A stretch of 64,000 nucleotides of DNA from an uncultured Alphaproteobacteria bacterium (GTDB taxonomy: Bacteria; Pseudomonadota; Alphaproteobacteria; Rhizobiales; Xanthobacteraceae). Of the stretch, positions 37,871 to 45,512 are shown one piece after another. The notes below the pieces were generated by a model, which had not been told where the DNA came from, made no database searches, and saw nothing but the letters and a program-made list of their open reading frames with translations. A program made the position numbers and the translations under genes. The stretch is taken from contig CAVSFV010000033.1 in NCBI GenBank assembly GCA_963727325.1, forward strand, positions 148,687 through 212,686. Direction: 5' to 3'. Every line of letters begins with the position of its first letter. Positions within the stretch are counted from its first letter, which is position 1.

Positions 37871-38368
37871 ATGAATATGCAATTTAAGCCGGGCGGCAAC
37901 TCACCTTGCGTCAAAACGCGATCGATCATTTGCGGCGCGCTGGTGACGACGGATTTGAAGCGCGCGCGCCGTATGCACGAAGAGGCATTCGACATGGAAT
38001 GCGTCGAGCCCTCCGAAGGGCTTATGTATGTGCGCGAGAAGGGACATCGGCCCGGCGCTGCCAAACACGACAAGCCCTACTGGGTGCTGGAGGTTCGTCA
38101 GGCCGCCAATGTCGAGGTGCCGCAGGAAATGCTCAACCATTGGGGCTTCGAGGCGCCGAGCCAGGCCGCGGTGGACGACGCCTACCAGAAGCTCAACGCC
38201 AACAAGGTGGAATACGGCATTACGCGGGTGCAGAAGCCGGCCTTTCGCAATGGCTCATATGCGCTCTATTGCGTGGACAAGGATTCCAACTGGTGGGAAG
38301 TCGAGTATCGCACCCCTGAACTCGTCTACACCGCGCTGCGCGAAAAAGGCGACCAGTTTGCCGATTGA
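37871..38368 (+). CDS. VOC-fold (glyoxalase/dioxygenase superfamily) protein.
   Basis: 165-aa ORF with a good codon pattern. NHWGFEAPSQAAVDDAYQKL...GSYALYCVDKDSNWWEVEY resembles a VOC beta-alpha-beta-beta-beta module. Confidence 0.55.
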   Translation: MNMQFKPGGNSPCVKTRSIICGALVTTDLKRARRMHEEAFDMECVEPSEGLMYVREKGHRPGAAKHDKPYWVLEVRQAANVEVPQEMLNHWGFEAPSQAAVDDAYQKLNANKVEYGITRVQKPAFRNGSYALYCVDKDSNWWEVEYRTPELVYTALREKGDQFAD

Positions 38369-38389
38369 TCCGACCCAGGGAGACAAGCA

Positions 38390-38833
38390 ATGTCAACAGC
38401 CGCACCGCTTATCAGCAATGAACTCTTTTCGCACGGCACCTATGAGTGCAGCGACATGGGCGTCACCAGAAGATTTTTGACCGACTTTCTCGGCCTCGAC
38501 ATCGTTCGACCGTTGCCGGAAGCGCAATATATGTGGAAGGGTGGACCGTGGTCCGTCATCTGCGTTCGCGTCGAGGACGGCGATGCCAAAGAACAAGGCA
38601 CGCAAAATCATTTTAAACTGTCTGTGGCTACGGACGCCGAGGTCGACGCCGCCCATGCGGCAGCGCTCGCGCACAAAGACGAATTCGGCATCAAGCGCAT
38701 CCTCGACATCGGCACCTCGGACGGGCATCGCGCGTTCAAGCTGCTTGACCTCAACAACACCTGGTGGGAGATCACCACGGTTTCGCAGGCCTATTTCGAC
38801 GACTTGTTCGCCAAAGGCGACGCGAAGCACTGA
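38390..38833 (+). CDS. VOC-fold protein, second copy of the fold and distantly related to 37871..38368.
   Basis: 147-aa ORF. FLTDFLGLDIVRP...NHFKLSVATDAEVDAAHAAAL...RAFKLLDLNNTWWEI. Confidence 0.55.
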   Translation: MSTAAPLISNELFSHGTYECSDMGVTRRFLTDFLGLDIVRPLPEAQYMWKGGPWSVICVRVEDGDAKEQGTQNHFKLSVATDAEVDAAHAAALAHKDEFGIKRILDIGTSDGHRAFKLLDLNNTWWEITTVSQAYFDDLFAKGDAKH

Positions 38834-38855
38834 CAAGCTTGCTCGGCAAGCCGGA

Positions 38856-39116
38856 TCAATCCGCCACAGAAACGTCGAGAAGGCGGCTGACGATGTCATT
38901 GACTTCATTGAAGGTGGTCAAAAACTTGCCCCGCGAAAAACCGCGCGCTTGAAAGCCGGCCTTCGTTGAATTTGACGGGGCGCCGTGGCGCCTCACGACC
39001 TTGACACCGATCGCAGCGAGCGGCGCTCGGAGTGAAGCCGCAATCTGATCGGCGGTTAAGCCAAGTTTGGCGGCTTGCGGCACATCGTCAAACACGAGGT
39101 AGCGTGGCGAGACCAT
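38856..39116 (-). CDS. Hypothetical small protein (86 aa).
   Basis: ATG at 39116 within ORF 38856..39245. I recognise no family. Its composition is coding-like, but the call is weak. Confidence 0.35.
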   Translation of the reverse strand: MVSPRYLVFDDVPQAAKLGLTADQIAASLRAPLAAIGVKVVRRHGAPSNSTKAGFQARGFSRGKFLTTFNEVNDIVSRLLDVSVAD

Positions 39117-39480
39117 AGCGGGTGACCGTCTCCTGCTCCAGACAGTCGCGAAGCGAACAGAGCCATTCACCAGACATAATGATGCAAAGTGAAAACGTCT
39201 GTCGCAATTTAAACATCGCAGACAGCTTCCATTATGCAGACGCAATTCGCTGTCCGAATTTGTACTGCGCAGTTTTTCAATTGAGCGTACCGGTGATTCT
39301 GTGATCAGCAGCGACGGCGCCGGCGTCTGAGAAACCGGCAGCGCTCACGCCCAGACAGGAGCCCACCATGGCTCGGGGCCTTTTTCTTTCTTATGTTGAT
39401 TTCGATCAGCGTTCGCCGTTGCGCGTTTCGGCATTGGGCCTAGGCCGGGCAAACAGCGCCGCCGAGCCGAGAATACGAAC

Positions 39481-39687
39481 ATGCTGTCCCGCAAACTGAC
39501 AAATCAGGAATTGGAGGTGTTGGGCCATGTGGCTCAAGGGAGAACGTCCGGGCAGATCGCGGAATTGTTGGGCATTACCCACCGAACGGCGGAGATCCAC
39601 ACTCACGTCATTGCCGGGAAATTTGGCGTCGCCGGCATGCCACAGGCGGTTGCCATCGCCGTTCGTGATGGCATAATCAAGCCCTGA
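39481..39687 (+). CDS. LuxR/GerE-type HTH-only protein (68 aa, no receiver or autoinducer domain).
   Basis: LTNQELEVLGHVAQGRTSGQIAELLGITHRTAEIHTHVIAGKFGV is the LuxR C-terminal HTH signature. Confidence 0.75.
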   Translation: MLSRKLTNQELEVLGHVAQGRTSGQIAELLGITHRTAEIHTHVIAGKFGVAGMPQAVAIAVRDGIIKP

Positions 39688-39763
39688 GGCGATGGGCGCC
39701 GTGGCTTTCCGGGATTCTTGATCCAGCGCCGCGCGGGTATCAGCCTTTTGGGGCGCTGGGTTG

Positions 39764-39970
39764 ATGCCGCGATATTTTTTTGATCTTCGCTTTCCCGACC
39801 GAACTGACGAGGATTCAGCGGGGACCGTTTTGTCGAATGACGGGGCGGCTCTCATCTACGCCAACCGCATCATCGGAGAACTGAAGGAGGCGGGCGGTTA
39901 CGATGAGCCCGGCCTCGTGATCATCATCCGAAAAGACGGCAGCGCGACCGAAACCTTGCTGCCGTTCTGA
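39764..39970 (+). CDS. DUF6894 family protein.
   Basis: MPRYFFDLRFPDRTDEDSAGTVLSNDGAALIYANRIIGEL... is the typical MPRYFF start of this small family. Confidence 0.65.
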   Translation: MPRYFFDLRFPDRTDEDSAGTVLSNDGAALIYANRIIGELKEAGGYDEPGLVIIIRKDGSATETLLPF

Positions 39971-40058
39971 TCTGGCCGCAGCAAGTTCGTGAAATCGAAG
40001 GGTAGTGATATTTGTACACTGCCTCGGAGTCCGATGTCGAAGTACTACCGAATGCCTC

Positions 40059-40868
40059 TTACTCGGTAGCGCGCCGGCTGCTTCGACGCGAGCGTCTTCG
40101 CACCGGCGACCGCTCCGAGGAGGACCGGTCGGCCAGCAGCACGGTCAATAGCGAGGAATGAACTTCGAGGCTGCCGTTGTAAGCGATGAAGCCAAGAGTA
40201 CGGAATTTGTTCATAAAGAAATTGACGTGCGATCGGGTCGTGCCGACCATTTCAGCCAGCATCACCTGATTGACGCCTCTGACAATCGGTTCCGGCCTGC
40301 CTTCCTGACCGAAATTGGCCAACAACAGCAGCACCCGCGCCAGCCGCTTCTCGGTCGAATTGAAGAGATGATCGATCAGATCCTCTTCCATACGGGCGCT
40401 TCGGGCTAAAATATGCGCGACAAACATATCTGAAAATGAGGGCTCGTCGTGAAGCAAGCGCATCATCTCGACCTTTTCGACCCGCATCGTCTCGCATTCC
40501 GTCATGGCGGTCATGGTCGACAAGCGTAGCGGCTGTCCGATCAGGCATCCTTCGCCGAAAAATTGGTCTGCCTTAAGGACTGCGACAACGGCTTCCTTGC
40601 CGAGGTCGGAAAAGACGGTGATTTTGATCTTGCCCCTTCTGATGTAGAAGACGGCATCTGCATCATCGCCTTGCGTATAAACTATTTCGCGCGGTGGATA
40701 TGTTGAGATGATCCGCCCTTTGGCGGTTGTCTCGAGAAACCGCGCAGGGAGGAACCCCGACGATTTCCTTACACTATAGGTCAGCGATCCCATCGGCGGC
40801 CATGCGTACGGTGTCGTACAGACTAAAGCACGAGCACCGCAACCCGGATGTGCCAAAGTGAACATCAA
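40059..40868 (-). CDS. Crp/Fnr family transcriptional regulator (cNMP-binding domain + HTH). The true start may be the internal Met at 40793.
   Basis: IVYTQGDDADAVFYIRRGKIKI...FFGEGCL...RLARVLLLL... and the HTH MLAEMVGTTRSHVNFFMNKFRTLGFI. The gene is about 45-50% GC in my hand counts, against about 64% for its surroundings. Confidence 0.85.
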   Translation of the reverse strand: MMFTLAHPGCGARALVCTTPYAWPPMGSLTYSVRKSSGFLPARFLETTAKGRIISTYPPREIVYTQGDDADAVFYIRRGKIKITVFSDLGKEAVVAVLKADQFFGEGCLIGQPLRLSTMTAMTECETMRVEKVEMMRLLHDEPSFSDMFVAHILARSARMEEDLIDHLFNSTEKRLARVLLLLANFGQEGRPEPIVRGVNQVMLAEMVGTTRSHVNFFMNKFRTLGFIAYNGSLEVHSSLLTVLLADRSSSERSPVRRRSRRSSRRATE

Positions 40869-40971
40869 TTGGAGTTTATTCGCTTCTAGCGACTGAGCCC
40901 GCGCGCGTCTGCGGCCTCGGCCGATTGGAACAAGGCCGCCACTTACGGAACAAGTGAAAGCAGCTAAAAAG

Positions 40972-40999
40972 AAAGAGCCCCGGTGGGTCGGGGCTCTTT
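40972..40999 (-). terminator. Strong rho-independent terminator (11-bp perfect stem); a T-run follows on the minus strand.
   Basis: aaagagccccg (40972-40982), loop gtgggt, cggggctcttt (40989-40999). The minus strand reads ...CGGGGCTCTTTCTTTTTAGC. Confidence 0.7.
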
Positions 41000-41180
41000 A
41001 CGCGGACGCATACATCACACCGGCGGATGCCAGGACCGGACGGTCTTGGCCGGGCCAGGATGCTCGGGGCACACTCGCTCCGGGGTCGGGAGGAACATCC
41101 CAGCGTTGCTCAAACTGGACGGATGCTCATCACGCGTCAGTGCCCTTTTGCACACCAATCGTCTAAAAATGTACACCCTG

Positions 41181-41196
41181 TGTACGAATTCGTACA
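41181..41196. promoter_or_regulatory. Perfect 16-bp palindrome TGTACGAATTCGTACA (TGTA-N8-TACA); candidate CRP-family operator.
   Basis: The exact string at 41181-41196 is its own reverse complement. It is flanked by a further GTAC at 41171-41174 and by CCCTG/CAGGG arms. Confidence 0.4.
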
Positions 41197-41329
41197 GGGC
41201 AACGGATTGCGCCTGTGGAGTGAGCTTCGGTATCCCGCTTCGCTGCAGACAGAGCAAAAATTGACCCTTTTGATTGCAGCAGAAAAGCGCGTTCTGCCGC
41301 GGCCGGATCGGCCCAATTCGAAGCCGGAA

Positions 41330-42463
41330 TCAATCAGGCCGACTATTCTTGCGGCCTCGTTCCTCAGACGATCCAGCCCATTCGGCTACGCAGCGATCGA
41401 GATCTTTGAGATTGTTGTGCATCTGCTCAAGGGCAAATCCAAGGGCGAAGAAGCTTTCTGCCGCGTCGCTGGAGAGACTTCGCGTCAGACCATCCCTCCG
41501 CAGAGCAGAGAGCTCGGTGTCATAACCAGCAAGTGCCGTTTCCACGGCACCGAGCGACGGGGGCAAGCGAGCCGCCCGCAACGCGGCGCCGCTCGCGCGC
41601 AAGTAATCGGCCAAGGCTGCGCCGACGTGTCGCAGCGGCGTTTCGAGGCGCGTCTTCAAGTTTTCAGGCAGCGGATTGGTTGCCGCTCGGCCAATCATCA
41701 CCAGGTCATGGCGCAATCGCAGCAGCGTGCGCAACAGCGGCCCGGTGTCAGGGCCTTCGGCGAGGCGCGTCGATCGCTCGTGCTCGGCCTCGCTCCCCGT
41801 CGCATACAATTGCTGCAAGGCCTGACCAATGCCGTCCTGAATACGATGGAGCGAATTTACGTCGAGACCAACCGTCAATCCCGCCAGCAGCTGGCCAAGA
41901 ATGCGCGCCATCTCATCAAGCGTGCGCGCCGCCGCCACGGCGACCAGCCGATGGGCGTTGGCCGGCAGCAGCAGAAACGACACAACGAGACCGGTGACGC
42001 CGCCGAGCGCCACCTCAATGACGCGATCAAGCGCCGAAGCGATCGGACTGACATGAGTCATGATCGGTATCAGCAGCACAATGATGGCGGTGACCGGCGC
42101 AGTGGAAAATCTGGGGTTTATCGCGGCGATGAAAGCGAGCGGGGCCATGGCAAGGGCGAGAACCAACAGCAGCGCGATTTCGCTCTCGTGCGGAATCAGT
42201 ACAGCGATGGCGCCGCCGTAGATGGCGCCGCCGAGCGTCCCCAAAAGGTAATCGACCGTTGCTTTCAACGACCGGCCGACGCTCATCTGCGTCACGATGA
42301 TGGCCGTCAGGACCGCCCACAACGGCAAGGGAAGCTGCAACAATTGCGCGAGCGCGAGAGCGACGAGGGCGGCAATCGTCACCCGGAGCGAAAGCGCCAA
42401 CTGCGCCCGGCGGTAACGCACGAAGGCGCGTAGTCTGGTCCAAAGTCTTTTAGTGCCCCTCAC
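41330..42463 (-). CDS. FUSC (fusaric acid resistance / aromatic acid exporter-like) family membrane protein.
   Basis: 377-aa ORF with a GTG start. LSLRVTIAALVALALAQLLQLPLPLWAVLTAIIVTQMSVGRSL...DRVIEVALGGVTGLVVSFLL, followed by a cytoplasmic helical domain. Confidence 0.85.
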   Translation of the reverse strand: MRGTKRLWTRLRAFVRYRRAQLALSLRVTIAALVALALAQLLQLPLPLWAVLTAIIVTQMSVGRSLKATVDYLLGTLGGAIYGGAIAVLIPHESEIALLLVLALAMAPLAFIAAINPRFSTAPVTAIIVLLIPIMTHVSPIASALDRVIEVALGGVTGLVVSFLLLPANAHRLVAVAAARTLDEMARILGQLLAGLTVGLDVNSLHRIQDGIGQALQQLYATGSEAEHERSTRLAEGPDTGPLLRTLLRLRHDLVMIGRAATNPLPENLKTRLETPLRHVGAALADYLRASGAALRAARLPPSLGAVETALAGYDTELSALRRDGLTRSLSSDAAESFFALGFALEQMHNNLKDLDRCVAEWAGSSEERGRKNSRPD

Positions 42464-42698
42464 GCTCCACAGCCCCGGTGCGGCGAATCTGGGTCAGAAG
42501 GTAATACTTTCTTCTGCCAATCAAAAATTACCTCAACGACAGGCGTCATTGGGCTGTCACTATAAAAACTGCGGGCACGCCGATTGCAGCGTCTCAAACC
42601 TAAAGCCGGCTCGGCAGATACTTTCCGCTCACTCCCGTTCGATTGTTTTATTTTTTGTGACCGGCAACCTCACGAGCGGATATCATTTCATTCGTCGT

Positions 42699-44159
42699 TT
42701 AACCCTTCTGGCCGCCTGCGCGTGCCAACAGGTATGCTTGCGAAGCGCGGACTTCGGCCTCGACGCGCGCCGTATCGACGCCGACGAGACGGCCGTCCCG
42801 CTTCATCACGTTGCCAGCCACGATGACCGTGTCGACATTGGCCGGGTTCATGCCCTGCACCACGGCGCCGATCGGATCGTTGATTGGCATCACATTGAAG
42901 CGGTCGGTGCGCAACAGGATGATGTCGGCCTGCTTGCCAGGTTCCAGACTGCCGATTTTGTCGCCGAGGCCATTCGTGCGCGCGCCCTCGATCGTGGCGA
43001 ACTCGAGCACCTGGCGCGAAGTCAGAAGCGGCGGCACCTCGGATTCTCCTCGCGCCATGCGATCGAAGACCATGCCGCGCTGAACCGCCATGGCGGTGCG
43101 CATCTGCGTGAAAAAATCGCCAGGCAGCGAGGTCTCGACGTCGACGCTGAGGCTCGGCTTGATGCCATGCTCCAGCGCCGCCTGCGTCGCTGGAACGCCA
43201 TGACCCATGTACATCTCGACCAGCGGCGAAACCGACACCGTGCCGCCGGAATCCGCGATCATCTTCCACTCGGTTTCGGAGAGGAAGTTGCAGTGGATAT
43301 AGGTCGCGGGAATGTTGAGAGCTCCGGCGCGGCCCAGCGGTTCCAGCTTGCCGATCGAGGCGCGCCCAACTCCCAGATGGGTGCTGACGCGGACCCCGAC
43401 CTCTCGTGCGATCTGCCATTCGCGCAGCGCCACCTCTTCGGTGCCGAAGTTCGGACCGGAAGCGGCCAACGCCAGAGTTAAGAGCTGATCGTCGGTGGCA
43501 AAATATTGCGTACGCAAACGCCTCAAATCCTGAGGGTAACTGTGCGAATTGTCGTTCCACCAACGCTTGCCGGCGATTTGGGCGCCGCCATAGCCGAACA
43601 CCGCGCGGATGCCGCTGTCGCGCAGGGCCTGGATTGCCGCATCGGTGTGTTGCGGCGTGTTCTGGATGTGAGACCAATCCAAGACGGTCGTCACGCCGGC
43701 ATCGAGCGCGCCAAGCGCGGACACCAGGTTGCCGGCGTGGACGTCCTGCGGGCGAAACAAGGGGCCGAAGCGGCCCAGAATGATCTTGAGGTAGTCGCCC
43801 AGCGTACCGTCGGGCAGCGCGTTGCGCAGCACGCCTTCCCAGAGGTGCCGATGCGTGTCGACGAAGCCGGGCATCACGATGGTGTTGGAGGCGTCGATCA
43901 CTTGCGCATCGGTCGCGGCCAGATCGGTTCCGACGGCCGCGATCCGGGAACCATCGATCAGAACGTCGCCCTTCGGCAACTCGCCGAAAGCAGGATGCAT
44001 GGTGAGGACTGTTCCGCCCTTGAGCAGAATCCGGCGGCTTCCGGAAGCAGCTCCCGTGTCGGCCGCGTTCGCGGCCGCAGCGAATGACGGCGCTGCGCTG
44101 AAAGCCGAAGCCAACGCTCCCACCATGGTGCTGGCTAGCAACATCCGCCGCGACATCAT
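42699..44159 (-). CDS. Amidohydrolase family (metal-dependent, cytosine/atrazine-deaminase-like) protein with a Tat-type signal peptide.
   Basis: MMSRRMLLASTMVGALASAFSAAPSFAAA (RR motif). Then ...VMPGFVDTHRHLWE... and ...HC.. / ..SVDVET... metal-ligand pattern. Confidence 0.85.
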   Translation of the reverse strand: MMSRRMLLASTMVGALASAFSAAPSFAAAANAADTGAASGSRRILLKGGTVLTMHPAFGELPKGDVLIDGSRIAAVGTDLAATDAQVIDASNTIVMPGFVDTHRHLWEGVLRNALPDGTLGDYLKIILGRFGPLFRPQDVHAGNLVSALGALDAGVTTVLDWSHIQNTPQHTDAAIQALRDSGIRAVFGYGGAQIAGKRWWNDNSHSYPQDLRRLRTQYFATDDQLLTLALAASGPNFGTEEVALREWQIAREVGVRVSTHLGVGRASIGKLEPLGRAGALNIPATYIHCNFLSETEWKMIADSGGTVSVSPLVEMYMGHGVPATQAALEHGIKPSLSVDVETSLPGDFFTQMRTAMAVQRGMVFDRMARGESEVPPLLTSRQVLEFATIEGARTNGLGDKIGSLEPGKQADIILLRTDRFNVMPINDPIGAVVQGMNPANVDTVIVAGNVMKRDGRLVGVDTARVEAEVRASQAYLLARAGGQKG

Positions 44160-44370
44160 GCTCGGGCCGGGTGAAGGCGAGCACGTGCAGCCGCCGCGGT
44201 GAATGTTACAGCCGCGCCGTCCGCGACCCGTGTTGGACAGACTATCGCTCATCCAATACCCCCCTATTTTGTGCTCGATGTGCTTACGCATCTTGTACGA
44301 GTTCTGCGCAGGCAGAAACTTTCTGCTTGCTCACATTCGGCTGTTTTCAGTTTTTTGAGAAGCGCCGATA

Positions 44371-45442
44371 TTATGCCGTCGTCGGGAGCCGATAGGTCCG
44401 CTTGGCGGCGTTGAAGAACAATTCGGCCTTGTCGGCGGCGCTGTAGCCTGCGGCGAGCTTCTTGAACGCGTTCCACATCACGCCGTAGCTGTAATAGCGC
44501 TTGTCGACCGGGAAATTGCTTTCGAACATCGCGCGCTGCGGACCGAACGCCTCGATGCACGTTTCGACGTAGGGCCGCCAGACACTGACCAGATCGTCCG
44601 ACGACGGCGGCACCGGCAACTTCTCGAAACCGAAGCCAAGGAAATGCATGCCCAGGCCGCCGAGCTTGACGACGACATTCTGGCACTTGGCGAGGTCTCG
44701 GATATTGCGCTGCCAATCCTTGAAGACTTCCTCGCGTCTGCCGGCATAGACGCCGATGCCGAGCGGACAACCAATGTGATTGAGCACAATCAGGGTATCG
44801 GAAAAGGTACGCGCGAGGTCCGTGAGTTCGGGAATTTGGGTGTGATAAAGAAGCGCGTCGAAGGAAAGCTTGTAGCGCGCAAGCCGCGCAAAGCCGGAGC
44901 GGAACTTAGAGTTCCAGCAGCAGACCCTTCGGAAAATCCATCGGCGTCGATTTGATCGATTTGTCGGCATCCCAGACCGAACAGTACCGAATGCCCTTGA
45001 AGCGCTCGCCAGCGGCGCGCAAATGCGCCTCAAGCACGGCGTCGACCTCGGCCCCCATGAAGAGGTTGGCAAAGCTGACGATGCCGGCACAGATCCGCGC
45101 CGGGCCGTAAAGACCGCTGGCGCTCATCGCCGCTATGCCGTTGACGAATTCGCTCTCGCCGATCGGCGCGAAATTCGGGTCGCCGTCGGCGCGATACATC
45201 GAATCGCACTGCACGAACACGGTGGCGCGGATGTTGTGGCCGCCGGCCTCGATGTCGCCCTTGATATCCTGGAGCAGATAGCGCGCGCCGCCGCGCTCCC
45301 ACAGATGATGATGCGGATCGATGATCGGCACGCCCAAATCGATCGGTTCTTCGCGGCGTTTGGCGAGCCAATCCTCCCTGACGTCAAACAGGACTTTCTT
45401 TTCAGTCTCGGTCTCGCCGATCTTTACGCCCAGCACCTGCAT
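44371..45442 (-). pseudogene. Amidohydrolase-2 (ACMSD/TIM-barrel metal hydrolase) family protein, frameshifted near 44905-44915.
   Basis: ORF 44906..45502 (ATG at 45442 after GGGGGGAG) reads ...VPIIDPHHHLWER...STPMDFPKGLLLEL*. ORF 44371..45090 in another frame continues ...SKFRSGFARLARYKLSFDALLYHTQIPELTDLARTFSDTLIVLNHIGCPLG...FESNFPVDK. Confidence 0.8.
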
Positions 45443-45512
45443 GACTGCAGCTCCCCCCGTAAAAACATAAAGTTCTTGTTGGTCTCGCGCATGCGCGCGC
45501 AACGGCTTGAAC

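Noticed and set aside
38838-38852. Hairpin GCTTGC-TCG-GCAAGC between the convergent VOC gene and the small hypothetical gene, as a possible terminator.
   Set aside because: The stem is only 6 bp, with no U-tract on either strand. That is too weak to call.
39406-39855. 149-aa minus-strand ORF covering the LuxR HTH gene and the start of the DUF6894 gene.
   Set aside because: It has no family features and lies opposite two ORFs with clear family signatures.
41027-42433. 468-aa plus-strand ORF opposite the FUSC gene.
   Set aside because: The translation is Arg/Gln/Gly-rich low complexity. The minus-strand product has coherent TM helices and FUSC motifs.
42688-44184. 498-aa minus-strand ORF in an alternative frame of the amidohydrolase gene.
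   Set aside because: Extremely Arg-rich junk. The 42699..44159 frame carries the Tat signal and the metal-ligand motifs.
1998-44925. Programmed ribosomal frameshifting as the explanation for the six split genes.
   Set aside because: None of the junctions shows a slippery heptamer (X XXY YYZ or A AAA AAG type) or an obvious downstream stimulatory structure. The affected families are not known to use recoding. The A-run at ~12714 lies about 40 nt downstream of the junction of frameshift 2.
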